A DNA stretch of 64,000 bases from the sequence record MN445185.1; one strand, 5' to 3'. The stretch comes from Escherichia phage vB_EcoM_EC001. The notes beneath the pieces are model-generated. The model did not search any database, had not been told where the DNA came from, and saw nothing but the letters and a program-made list of their open reading frames with translations. This document shows positions 9,395-18,741 of this stretch, in pieces (positions within the stretch are counted from its first letter, which is position 1; each line of letters opens with the position of its first letter). A program made the translations under genes and the position numbers.

Positions 9395-9896
9395 GCGATC
9401 TCATTTTTATATCCCAGGCTATCAGTTATTGGCTGGGCCGTTAACGGAGTTTTCGCCAAACGATGTGCTCCGCGAAGTGAATGACGATTTGAACTCGATA
9501 ATCAATACCGCCATGAGCTTCGTGGAACGTGGAACCATTGGTAGTGAGTTAAAGTTTATGATGAACAATACCTTTGGGTTTGTTTCTCGTACACTGAATG
9601 CGCACGGCGTTGTGTTGGAAAATGAGCAAGTAATCACTTACGGCACCGCAATTCAAAACATCGGTCGTGCGTATATGACCGCCGTATCGCAGTCTCCTTA
9701 TTGGTTTACTCACTACGGTCGTTGGGTCGGTGCACAATACACAACGCGCAATCCGGCGGATGTCGAATTCTTATTAGACTATAACGGTGGTGATAAATTC
9801 CCACAGTTTGCCAGCCAGGAAGCGTACGAGCGAATCACCCCACAACTTCTGCCTGTTATCGATTTGCTTATCGGTAATCTCGGAGGTCGTGTATGA
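9387..9896 (+). CDS. hypothetical protein
   Basis: 169-aa ORF overlapping neighbours by a few nt. Confidence 0.55.
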   Translation: MIERSHFYIPGYQLLAGPLTEFSPNDVLREVNDDLNSIINTAMSFVERGTIGSELKFMMNNTFGFVSRTLNAHGVVLENEQVITYGTAIQNIGRAYMTAVSQSPYWFTHYGRWVGAQYTTRNPADVEFLLDYNGGDKFPQFASQEAYERITPQLLPVIDLLIGNLGGRV

Positions 9897-10381
9897 GCGT
9901 TCTGTTTGATGTGGCGGATATTGCGAACCAATATAGCGCGACTCGGTTTTACGAGCATGTTCGTGAAGCGGCATTGCGTGTACTGGAAGCCAGTAACCTG
10001 GAGATCGATGAAACACAGATACGTGATTTTTATCAACGTTTTGCGTTTGCATATATCATCGGTGTGAAAACTCGTGACCCTTCGACGATGGTTGATTTGT
10101 TACAGGAAGACACGCTTGAACCTCTGGGCAATTGGGAGTTGGTGTCCGATGGTCTGTCCGTTGACCAGTTCGCTAAGGAAACGTCTGTCGATACGACGTT
10201 TCTGGCAGCACAAGGTTCGCCCGAACAACATCAAGCCGCCTTCGGCGCTGCGGTAAGTTTGCTGGCCGAAGAGTTAACAAACTTAACTGGTTTTGCTGGA
10301 CTGATAGAGTCGCTGTATCCGGGGCGATATCAAACGTATGTAGGTGATAGTTTTAACGATGTGGTGTTAATCTGCGAATGA
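9893..10381 (+). CDS. hypothetical protein
   Basis: 162-aa ORF, start overlaps previous stop (ATGA). Confidence 0.55.
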   Translation: MSVLFDVADIANQYSATRFYEHVREAALRVLEASNLEIDETQIRDFYQRFAFAYIIGVKTRDPSTMVDLLQEDTLEPLGNWELVSDGLSVDQFAKETSVDTTFLAAQGSPEQHQAAFGAAVSLLAEELTNLTGFAGLIESLYPGRYQTYVGDSFNDVVLICE

Positions 10382-10809
10382 AACTGTACATGACCATAGG
10401 CGAAGTCTTCAAATATGAGTCGTTGTTGGCACGGGCCGAGATTGCTGATACTAGCGAGATCGAGCCCGCTGTCGCTTATTTGTTTCTGGCCAGTTACGCC
10501 GAATTAACGGTTCGTTCTATTGTTAATGGGCTAGGTAAGGGTAAGAACTTTCTTACTTTTATTCCCCCAGACCCTGCGTTGATACTGGAACAGTTGAGCG
10601 GGATGTGGGGTACTGAAAAGGTGCTGCCTCTAAACTGCTACAGCATGAGCAGTGGGATTAAGGATGATGTTCGGTTCTATGAAATCCTTTCCGTGATAGA
10701 ACGTGTGTGGGGCATGGCTGGCTTGACTCCAGAAGACGGAGCAAAAAAGACAAAGGTTTCACTCCTTATGAATGAAATTGGCAACGCACTCATCTGTGTT
10801 GAATGTTAA
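10378..10809 (+). CDS. hypothetical protein
   Basis: 143-aa ORF, ATGA overlap with previous gene. Confidence 0.55.
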   Translation: MKLYMTIGEVFKYESLLARAEIADTSEIEPAVAYLFLASYAELTVRSIVNGLGKGKNFLTFIPPDPALILEQLSGMWGTEKVLPLNCYSMSSGIKDDVRFYEILSVIERVWGMAGLTPEDGAKKTKVSLLMNEIGNALICVEC

Positions 10810-10818
10810 GGAGTACGA

Positions 10819-11418
10819 ATGATCTACAAGGTGATCGCCAACCACTTGATTAATGTGGACTTGGGGGTCGTGGGGTATCTTCCGGACGGTATGCGGTTTT
10901 TGGATTTGGTGGTTGACACCGTAGTCCGCCTACCGCGTATCACCGTGGAGATACCCGTAAAAGAATTGGACCAGGACGAGATGCACGAACTTATACGTGA
11001 AACGCTGACCAGCTACACGTACGAGTTTCGTTGCATGTTACCTCGCACCGACCTTACGTTCTTGCACGACTTCTTTACGTTACTGACTGACGAGTACCGT
11101 CGGTGGAAGTTTAATGTTGCAATGGAAGCCAGCACTGAATCACATTTTAACGGGCTGACACCATTGTTAGATTTAGCGTTGATGTACAAAGAGCAAGACA
11201 GCTCACACTGGGCCACGCTCAAGCACTATACGTTGGATCTAATGGCGACCGCCGTAACGGAGGCAGTTATGGTGCATTATGTTGAGCCGGTGAAGATGTT
11301 CTTAGAGGCGCATAATGGCGCTATCCGTACGTTGGTTCTCAAGGTGGACTTCCCGAAAACACCAGTGACCAATGCTTTGGATATGAGGCTGCTTATTGAT
11401 GTTCCTGAGGAGGAATAA
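10819..11418 (+). CDS. hypothetical protein
   Basis: 199-aa ORF with TAAGGAG RBS. Confidence 0.55.
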   Translation: MIYKVIANHLINVDLGVVGYLPDGMRFLDLVVDTVVRLPRITVEIPVKELDQDEMHELIRETLTSYTYEFRCMLPRTDLTFLHDFFTLLTDEYRRWKFNVAMEASTESHFNGLTPLLDLALMYKEQDSSHWATLKHYTLDLMATAVTEAVMVHYVEPVKMFLEAHNGAIRTLVLKVDFPKTPVTNALDMRLLIDVPEEE

Positions 11419-11828
11419 TGTTCGATTTACGCACACTGGTCGCTGGGCAAAAAGTTAACATTGTTTACGACACCCCTTTGAAAGGGCAAGAGACGCGTGT
11501 AATTATTCTGGCAACCGGCGTTGGCTATGAAATGGCCAAAAGCTATATGGATGTGATGGCGGAGCAGAAGAATATCTACTCATCCATCGTCTCTCAGCCA
11601 GAAGATAACGTGAACAAATACACGTATCTGATTTTCAAAGGTGTTGACGGCAAACCCAAAGTCGCTGCCGATGCCTGGATTCGTGATGTTCAGATTATCG
11701 AAAACACGAAGGTGCGTTTCACCGTCACTCTGGATAACAAACAGGAGATTGACGACCTTAAACGCGCCCTGGCTGCCAATGGTTTCAATGATGTCGATTT
11801 TGAAATCGTTGAGAGCATTGCCGGTTAA
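11418..11828 (+). CDS. hypothetical protein
   Basis: 136-aa ORF, start overlaps previous stop; followed by terminator. Confidence 0.55.
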   Translation: MFDLRTLVAGQKVNIVYDTPLKGQETRVIILATGVGYEMAKSYMDVMAEQKNIYSSIVSQPEDNVNKYTYLIFKGVDGKPKVAADAWIRDVQIIENTKVRFTVTLDNKQEIDDLKRALAANGFNDVDFEIVESIAG

Positions 11829-11834
11829 AGTAAT

Positions 11835-11869
11835 CCCACTCTTCGGAGTGGGTTATTTTTTTTTCTTTT
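11835..11869 (+). terminator. intrinsic terminator (cccactcttcggagtggg plus T-run)
   Basis: Hairpin with TTCG loop and T-run; followed by TTTTTTCACG...TCTTATAG module. Confidence 0.55.
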
Positions 11870-11919
11870 TTCACGTATCCCGCAAGTCTTATAGCTGAGT
11901 AAAAACCAAGGGGCCAGAC

Positions 11920-14211
11920 GTGGACTACAATTCACCATTTCGTCTTAGTCAAGACGAGTATCATCGCGACATTGACGTTATCGATGCGTACTACGAACAA
12001 CTGGCGCTCTACATTCATACCGTCACCAACGGGAAATATTCTTTGGAGTTCTGTCGACAGCAGGTCGAAGAAATGTTCCAACCTGGTGGTGAGTTAGTAC
12101 ACGAATTCCCCGTGTGTAAGATGTGGGTGCGCAATCAAAAGACCGGCGATCGCGAAGAAAAATACACCACGGTAGATAAACTGTTCCGTACAGTGATTGA
12201 TAAGCAGATTATTTCTGCACCGTCGCTGACCTTTTATCTGCCTGAGCACGTCAAGCGCTCTAAGCTTGCTGAATTTACCGCAGAGAACGTGCGTAAGCGT
12301 GCGGTTGTTAAGAAAGAGATGTACGCAGCAGGTGCTGCGGGTAATGAAGTTCTGCGTATTAACAAAAAGAACGAACAGAACGCTGTTAAGACGTTGAACA
12401 ACGGGATGTCGGGTGCATTCTCATCACCGTACACGGTAATCTTTAACCAGTCTTCGCACTCTGTATTGACGTCAACCTGCCGTACGGCTACATCGTTCGG
12501 TAACGCGGGCAACGAACGTCTACTGGGCGGTAATCGTCACTACGACACGCCGTCCCGTGTTATCGACCACTTACTGTCTATTGGTACACTGACTAACTTT
12601 GCTGAGTTCAAGAAGTGTATGGAACTCTATAACCTCCACTACCCAACAGTGGACGAGGTTATGGAAGTGGTTATGTACTCTGCAGAGTTTTACTTCCGTA
12701 ACGACGAAGGGCTGGAGTTCATTCGTCACTACGTCGGTAATTGTAGCCCGCTGGTACGTGCAGCGTTTGTCTACATGGGTGACTTCTACCACCTGGCGAA
12801 ATACAACGATGAATTCATGCGTGGGTTTATCGGTGCGCTGATTGCCGAGGAGATGGAAGACGAGATCACCGATTGGGATGCTGCTGAGCGCTCTATCGAC
12901 GGTGACATGCAGATCATTATCTCGCAGTTCCGTACTGATATCGTGCCGTTAGGTAAGTCGTTCTCTGACGTTAAACTCAAAGACGAAAACACGAACAAAG
13001 CGGAACCGTGGGATAAGCAGGAAAAATACAAAGAGCTGATTCGCTCAGCTGTGTATCTGCAGAAAACCATCGGTAAGTACGCGTGCTTGATTCGTAATAT
13101 CCTGACTACCAAAAACCTGCCGATTAACATTGCCAGGATGCCTGACGTGGTTCGTCGTGTCGGTGTGGTATCTGATACCGACTCCACGATGATGACTGCA
13201 CAGTGGTGGGCACAGTGGTATACCGGTCAACATTACGGTCGTGAAGCTACGCGCGTATCGGATGCGATGATTTATATTGCAACCCAGCACTTACGTCATC
13301 TGATGGCGAGCATGTCGGCGAACATTGGCGTGGCGAAAGAGCGTTTGTTCTTGTACGCAATGAAGAACGAATTTAAGTTCGACTCCTTTGCGTTAACCAC
13401 AAAAGCAAAACACTACTTCTCCATCATCACTGGTCAGGAAGGACAATTGAAGTCCGACCCTGAGTTAGAAGTTAAAGGTGTGTCTTTACGTACGTCAAAC
13501 ATACCGCCTGTGGTCATGAAAGAGTTCAAACGCACGATTAAAGAACTCTGTGAGATTGTAGCGCGCGGCGATAAGATTAAGATTCTGCCTCTGCTGGAAA
13601 AGGTTGCTGCAATTGAGCACGTTGTGGTGGACTCTATTCGTGCTGGTAAAGCAGGCTACCTGAAAACAACCAACGTCAAAGACCGTAGTGCGTACTCTGA
13701 AGATGATGAAAAGAGCTACCACTACCACCGCATGTACAACGCCATCTTTGGACCGAAGTACGGCTACCTGGACGAACCGCCTTATGATGCCGTGAAGCTT
13801 CCGGTAAACCTGGAGAACAAAACAGCCGTTAAAGAGTGGCTGGAAAACATTAAAGACCCGATGATTAAGACCACCGCAACACGGTGGTTCGAAGAAAACA
13901 ACTATCGTACCTATCGTACTCTGATACTGCCAGAGTTCCTGGTGGAAAACTTCGGTATTCCGCCGGAGCTGATTGATGCTGCAGACACACGTCGAAGCGC
14001 ATTCTCCACAGTAGAACCTTACTATCACATTCTGGAATGTCTGGGTGTGTTCATGATGGACAAGAACAGAACTCGTCTGCTTTCGGATTACTACGGCGAA
14101 TCTGTAGACTCGGTCAAGGAAGAATTAGGTAGCGGTGAGTACGTTAAGAAATCTGAACGTGATGGAGAGGAAGAAGATGGGGAAGAAGATGGGGAAGAAG
14201 CGGAGGAGTAA
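11920..14211 (+). CDS. family-B DNA polymerase, C-terminal fragment (fingers, motifs B and C, thumb); acidic C-terminal tail
   Basis: GTG start with AAGGGG RBS. Lys/Arg-rich helix then KTLNNGMSG fits motif B (K-x3-N-x3-G); VVSDTDS fits motif C (DTDS); ends EEEDGEEDGEEAEE. No exonuclease or motif A, which lie in minus-strand ORF 43654..45438. Confidence 0.6.
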   Translation: MDYNSPFRLSQDEYHRDIDVIDAYYEQLALYIHTVTNGKYSLEFCRQQVEEMFQPGGELVHEFPVCKMWVRNQKTGDREEKYTTVDKLFRTVIDKQIISAPSLTFYLPEHVKRSKLAEFTAENVRKRAVVKKEMYAAGAAGNEVLRINKKNEQNAVKTLNNGMSGAFSSPYTVIFNQSSHSVLTSTCRTATSFGNAGNERLLGGNRHYDTPSRVIDHLLSIGTLTNFAEFKKCMELYNLHYPTVDEVMEVVMYSAEFYFRNDEGLEFIRHYVGNCSPLVRAAFVYMGDFYHLAKYNDEFMRGFIGALIAEEMEDEITDWDAAERSIDGDMQIIISQFRTDIVPLGKSFSDVKLKDENTNKAEPWDKQEKYKELIRSAVYLQKTIGKYACLIRNILTTKNLPINIARMPDVVRRVGVVSDTDSTMMTAQWWAQWYTGQHYGREATRVSDAMIYIATQHLRHLMASMSANIGVAKERLFLYAMKNEFKFDSFALTTKAKHYFSIITGQEGQLKSDPELEVKGVSLRTSNIPPVVMKEFKRTIKELCEIVARGDKIKILPLLEKVAAIEHVVVDSIRAGKAGYLKTTNVKDRSAYSEDDEKSYHYHRMYNAIFGPKYGYLDEPPYDAVKLPVNLENKTAVKEWLENIKDPMIKTTATRWFEENNYRTYRTLILPEFLVENFGIPPELIDAADTRRSAFSTVEPYYHILECLGVFMMDKNRTRLLSDYYGESVDSVKEELGSGEYVKKSERDGEEEDGEEDGEEAEE

Positions 14212-14315
14212 GAATAAGTCACGATCGTGTGTACCACAAACAATAACCTTTACGTGGGTGGACCCAGCACCGGTACCGACGGCGTTACTCAATCTTTGGT
14301 TATCTTATCTAAAGG

Positions 14316-14597
14316 ATGAACATTGTGTCGAAACGAAACAGTAAAGCAAATAACTGGGGCTGGCGACAGCTCTATTTGCACAGCCAGCCTAACCTGGTAC
14401 GGCAGCATGTGTTGTCTTTGCCAACGCAGTTTCAAACACTGGCATCGTGTGAAGGTTCAGTGTCGCCACGCGACGATCGTTGGAAAACCATGAAACCGGT
14501 TGTGTCTATTGACAAGCAATTTGACAATCCTCTCGACGGTTGGTTTGCAGCAATAGGCGGTTTAAACGTGCTGGTGGAAGGGTATGTATCGAAATAG
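14316..14597 (+). CDS. hypothetical small protein
   Basis: 93-aa ORF with AAAGGA RBS. Confidence 0.35.
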   Translation: MNIVSKRNSKANNWGWRQLYLHSQPNLVRQHVLSLPTQFQTLASCEGSVSPRDDRWKTMKPVVSIDKQFDNPLDGWFAAIGGLNVLVEGYVSK

Positions 14598-14781
14598 CGG
14601 GAAGTCCACAGAGATGATAACCGCAATCCGTCGCGACCTCGAAGAACGGGGTTGCGTGGATATTGAGTTACATCAGGCAGGCGAAACGGTGCATATCACG
14701 GCATTGGATGCCAAACGGAAACGTAGTATCACTGTGTGGGGTAAACCGTACGCAAGTGATTTCATGGAGACGATAAAATGA
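14584..14781 (+). CDS. hypothetical small protein
   Basis: 65-aa ORF; stop overlaps next start (ATGA). Confidence 0.35.
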   Translation: MYRNSGKSTEMITAIRRDLEERGCVDIELHQAGETVHITALDAKRKRSITVWGKPYASDFMETIK

Positions 14782-15449
14782 GTGATGAACAAGATTTGAA
14801 GTTACCAATGTCAATACCCGAATTGACTTATCTCACCGTCAACCGAGACGATCTCATTAATCAAGTAAGCAAACGCGTAGAGAAAGCCTTTGCTCAGAGT
14901 GGTTATAGTGAAGCGATTCGTAATTTCCGTACACCACTGGCACAATCAGTTACACAACCGCATGGTAAAGGCACTCAGTTATTAGTCGCTGTTCACCCGA
15001 CCTCACCTCTGGCAAAACAGCTGCTTACTGAAATGAACTGGCACTATAAGTGTGTTGAAGAAGTTCAGTCAGCTAATATCGAATGGGCTATGTCGCACAA
15101 GTCTCGCGAAGTGGCGTTAGTCGAATACCTGCGAAAACTACCTTGGGTTGGTGATTCTGCTGTTCTCCGCGATGGCGTAGGTGGGCCGGAAGTCTGGTCA
15201 CCTAATGCGGTGATTGATGTCGATTTCGTGGTTATCGATCCGGGTAGCAATACGCATGTCGTTCGTTTTACGGATGCGAATGTCGCTTCTGTGTGTAAAC
15301 AGTTGGGTATTGCCTACTATCAATGCGGGAAGAAAAAGAAGTCGTCGAGTGTTGAAATTGAGGTGGCGTTTACTGCGGTACAAACCCTAGATCCCGCTGC
15401 GGTTGAACATGCTTTAAACTTCCTCAAGAACCACCCAGACAGCAAATAA
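14778..15449 (+). CDS. hypothetical protein
   Basis: 223-aa ORF ending at bidirectional terminator. Confidence 0.55.
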   Translation: MSDEQDLKLPMSIPELTYLTVNRDDLINQVSKRVEKAFAQSGYSEAIRNFRTPLAQSVTQPHGKGTQLLVAVHPTSPLAKQLLTEMNWHYKCVEEVQSANIEWAMSHKSREVALVEYLRKLPWVGDSAVLRDGVGGPEVWSPNAVIDVDFVVIDPGSNTHVVRFTDANVASVCKQLGIAYYQCGKKKKSSSVEIEVAFTAVQTLDPAAVEHALNFLKNHPDSK

Positions 15450-15457
15450 AAAAAGAA

Positions 15458-15483
15458 CTACACACCGAAGTGTGTAGTTTTTG
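15458..15483. terminator. bidirectional intrinsic terminator (ctacacaccgaagtgtgtag flanked by A-run and T-run)
   Basis: Between convergent genes 14778..15449 (+) and 15532..16599 (-). Confidence 0.5.
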
Positions 15484-15531
15484 TATATAGTATGAATACT
15501 CGAAAGAGTGTTCGCGAGGAGAGAGTAAGTC

Positions 15532-16599
15532 TTATTTTTCTTCTAGCTCTGTCGTCAACGGGATAATCAAATCCCGTTGGATAAAGTTATAGAAGGATTT
15601 GGTCAAACGTGTGAGGACTTTAGAGTCCACATAACGCGCCAAATCAACCAACATCGTACGTTTATGCTTTTCCATATTCCCCTGGTTGTATTGAAGACAA
15701 AACAGTGCCCAGTACCAGTTCACCATGTTCTGGTGCCAGGTGTTCTGCAGTGTTTGACCTGGTTCTCGAAAGACAATCAGTTCCAGTGCTGTGTGGCCTT
15801 CTTCATCAGGGTGTTGGAAGAACAATGGGATGTTGTTTAAGACTTGTCCCGGTAACGGGTTGGCAGCCAGTAGTTTACTACGGATGCCTTTTGCGTGCTT
15901 CACAGCTAAAGCTTGAAGCGGTGGAACAGGAATGACACGTAATGTTTCATCCGGTTCAATCTCTTTCCCAAAGGCTATCGCACGATGTATATTTACAAAG
16001 GCGATATCCATGTAGCTCGGCAACATGCGAGAGATCACATGTCGTTGGAGATACACAGGTGTGGCAATAGGTTCGGTACCGCGACTGTAGTGCTGCTGAC
16101 CTTTGACATATTGCCAAAGCAAAGCAACCAGGTTGATTTCGATCACCGTAACACCTCGGGGCCGTCCGTCACCGAACTTCCAATTGAGGTTGGTATACTC
16201 ATGGTAGAGGTAACGGGCGGGGGTGTAGTCGCGGAACGAAAGGTCTGGATTTACTGGGCGGGCTACGAGAGAGATTACCTCATCTTGGCCCTGGATAAAC
16301 TTGCTATTAAAGATTTGACCGTACTCACCAACAGACGTCAAGCGTAAGGCGTTACCGATCTGAACAAGTTTGCGACGGCAAGCCCATTCGATGTCTTCGT
16401 ACTCTGGTTCACCGGCATAGCCGATGGCAGACAACACCTGTTGCAACAAATGGCCATTACCAGCACTGCGATTAAGCTGTTCGAAGTAGTTGCGTATACG
16501 CTGGCTGTTGTTTTTTACGTGAGCCGCTAATGTTATAGCGGAGGGGTCCGTGCTGTGACCCTTTATGGCCACTTGGTTTAACTCGGCTTGGCTGAACAT
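15532..16599 (-). CDS. hypothetical protein
   Basis: Track ORF 15532..16620 starts at GTG; in-frame ATG at 16599 (MFSQAEL) is preceded by TAAGGAG; 355 aa. Confidence 0.65.
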   Translation of the reverse strand: MFSQAELNQVAIKGHSTDPSAITLAAHVKNNSQRIRNYFEQLNRSAGNGHLLQQVLSAIGYAGEPEYEDIEWACRRKLVQIGNALRLTSVGEYGQIFNSKFIQGQDEVISLVARPVNPDLSFRDYTPARYLYHEYTNLNWKFGDGRPRGVTVIEINLVALLWQYVKGQQHYSRGTEPIATPVYLQRHVISRMLPSYMDIAFVNIHRAIAFGKEIEPDETLRVIPVPPLQALAVKHAKGIRSKLLAANPLPGQVLNNIPLFFQHPDEEGHTALELIVFREPGQTLQNTWHQNMVNWYWALFCLQYNQGNMEKHKRTMLVDLARYVDSKVLTRLTKSFYNFIQRDLIIPLTTELEEK

Positions 16600-16653
16600 G
16601 GCAGACTCCTTAGATTCCACATAGGAAGTCAGTCACAGTCAAAAATATCTCAG

Positions 16654-16667
16654 ATTGATATTATCTA
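16654..16667. promoter_or_regulatory. promoter-like palindromic motif copy 2 (GATTGATATTATCT)
   Basis: In divergent intergenic region between 15532..16599 (-) and 16806..18659 (+). Confidence 0.4.
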
Positions 16668-16747
16668 TGTGACAGTTCCTGAGAAATGTCTGGACTATGT
16701 GCCTTGTAAGTAAGCGACGGCATACTTGCATTCCATGGAATTACAGG

Positions 16748-16760
16748 CAGATATTATCTC
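16748..16760. promoter_or_regulatory. promoter-like palindromic motif copy 3 (GCAGATATTATCT)
   Basis: About 45 nt upstream of ATG 16806. Confidence 0.4.
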
Positions 16761-16805
16761 TGCGAACCGAACTATGATTGCAATCACTATTAAGGAATAT
16801 TTAAA

Positions 16806-18659
16806 ATGGTAAAAATCGTTGACTCTAACAACAACGCTCAGCAGAACAACACTCAGACTCAAGACACCGCACCACTGGGCGGTCTGGGCAACGAGACTGT
16901 AAAAGTGCAAACTGCTGTGCCGGGTACTTCTACTGTCAGCCAATTCGATAACGCATTTGGCATCCGCAACATCAGCACCTATGCAATGCACTTCACCAAC
17001 CTCCTGGATGAGCTGAAGAAAAGCAACGAATACCTCAACGCATTCCGCTGGGGCACCATCGTCGGCGTGGGTAACGAAATGGGTTCCGCGGCGTATGTCG
17101 CAGGCCAATGGCAGGGCCACTGGCTGTATGGTATCATCTTCTTTGAACGCGGTCAGTCTCTGCGTCTGAAAGAAACTACCAACAACGGCCAGGAAGACTA
17201 CTACACCATCACTGAACTGTTCAACAAAGACGTGCTGGCAGTAGTACAGAAAAACATCATGGAAGCGCATGGTCTGACCAATGCGAACTTCATGATCATC
17301 AACTCCGTACCAGACCTGGGTAAAGTTCTGGATGCTGAGTGGGCACGTACACTGATGGGTCAGATGATGATGGGCATCTTCGGTCGTATCGCAGGCTACC
17401 TGGGTACGCTGAACCTGCGTAAGCATGACCGTTATCAGGCCGCAGTAATGCCGCTGGAAGATGGTGCGGTTGTTGATGCTAACGGCCACGCACAGCGTGC
17501 TGATTTCGCAATCACCGTTGAGCACAGCCCAAGCAACGTAACCGATGCCACTCCGACTCTGCTGGACACCAATCAGGTACAGGTGTATCCGCGTGTATCC
17601 GGTACCGGTTTCGTCAATATGCGTTTCACCGGTCAGAAGCCTGTCGTTAACGGCGTCTACGACCTGAAACAGCTGCAGGCTGAAATCGTAGTAAGTCTGA
17701 TCGATTCTCAAACTGAAGGTGCAATGGCACCGTATGAACGTCAACTGCTGCTGCTGGCTGCATTTGCAGAAATCGCGGCAATCGGTGGCTGGCGTGACCT
17801 GTTTGTGAAACGTCTGAACAAACAAGATCGCAAGTTCTCCCGTGTGGCAGAATACCTGTCCTGGGGTGCTGACGCTCGTCCTGATGTATCCAAAATCGAC
17901 GGTAGCCGTGAAGCTATCGAAGGTTGCCTGGATATGTTCGCACCGCGTGAAGCAGCACTGGTAGTTAGCCATCGTGCCGGTAACGGCCTGGGTGGTCTGT
18001 CTACTTTGCTGTCTGAAATTGCGGTCGGTTACGACAACTCTCTGAAACAGCTGCTCGCTATTCTGAATTCCATGTCCCCGCGTGATCAGAACGGCGAAGT
18101 TGTTGCAGCGACCAGCTTCACTGCAGTATTTGCTTCTGCACTGAAAGCACAGCTGGGCGATGCCTTCAATGGTACCATCCATTGCAGCCACATCGTGAAA
18201 GCAGCCGTACCGACTGTTTCCGGTGTTTACACCGGTACTGCACAGAAACGTAGCTTCCAGGATATGGACCTGATTTCCGTTGTTACCAAACTGGGTGATA
18301 ACGCGAACGACGTCTATAGCTACCTGAACGCACAGTCCTACAGCCACCGTGAACTGAACGAGCGTCAACAGCGTATCTACATGCTGAAACTGGCCGCTTC
18401 TCTGTTCGCATCCAAAGCACCGCAAGCTACCGGTGAATCTCTGGATATGGCTATCAACCCGATCTTCGGTAAATGCCTGCTGGACTTCGTCCGTAACAAC
18501 TGCACCTGGTCTATGACTGGTGTAAATGCCTACAACACGATGGCGACCTCTCTGTTCTTCAACAACGGTGGGGAAGACTTCACGCTGTCTGGCAACGGCC
18601 TGTCTGCAAGCGGTTCCGATTTCGGTCTGGGCGTGACTCTGAGCAACTTCAAACTGTAA
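16806..18659 (+). CDS. abundant protein with host-like codon bias; candidate phage-nucleus shell protein (chimallin-like), function unconfirmed
   Basis: 617-aa ORF with strong preference for ctg/ccg/ggt/cgt/aac codons, two promoter-like motifs upstream, TAAGGAA RBS, low-complexity N-terminal tail, immediately upstream of the RNAP beta-prime N-terminal gene. Confidence is for the CDS, not the function. Confidence 0.7.
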   Translation: MVKIVDSNNNAQQNNTQTQDTAPLGGLGNETVKVQTAVPGTSTVSQFDNAFGIRNISTYAMHFTNLLDELKKSNEYLNAFRWGTIVGVGNEMGSAAYVAGQWQGHWLYGIIFFERGQSLRLKETTNNGQEDYYTITELFNKDVLAVVQKNIMEAHGLTNANFMIINSVPDLGKVLDAEWARTLMGQMMMGIFGRIAGYLGTLNLRKHDRYQAAVMPLEDGAVVDANGHAQRADFAITVEHSPSNVTDATPTLLDTNQVQVYPRVSGTGFVNMRFTGQKPVVNGVYDLKQLQAEIVVSLIDSQTEGAMAPYERQLLLLAAFAEIAAIGGWRDLFVKRLNKQDRKFSRVAEYLSWGADARPDVSKIDGSREAIEGCLDMFAPREAALVVSHRAGNGLGGLSTLLSEIAVGYDNSLKQLLAILNSMSPRDQNGEVVAATSFTAVFASALKAQLGDAFNGTIHCSHIVKAAVPTVSGVYTGTAQKRSFQDMDLISVVTKLGDNANDVYSYLNAQSYSHRELNERQQRIYMLKLAASLFASKAPQATGESLDMAINPIFGKCLLDFVRNNCTWSMTGVNAYNTMATSLFFNNGGEDFTLSGNGLSASGSDFGLGVTLSNFKL

Positions 18660-18687
18660 TCGAATCGGTTACTGAGTAGTTAGGAAA

Positions 18688-18727
18688 CGGACGGGGGCTA
18701 ACGCCTCCGTCCTTCCCTCTTTTTTTG
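18688..18727 (+). terminator. intrinsic terminator (ggacgggggctaacgcctccgtcc plus T-run)
   Basis: GC-rich hairpin followed by T-run after 16806..18659. Confidence 0.55.
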
Positions 18728-18741
18728 TTGAGGTTGACAGT

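Noticed and set aside
16695-18425. 576-aa minus-strand ORF antisense to gene 16806..18659
   Set aside because: Shadow ORF of a strongly codon-biased sense gene; translation is Cys/His/Gln/Phe-rich with no RBS or motifs.
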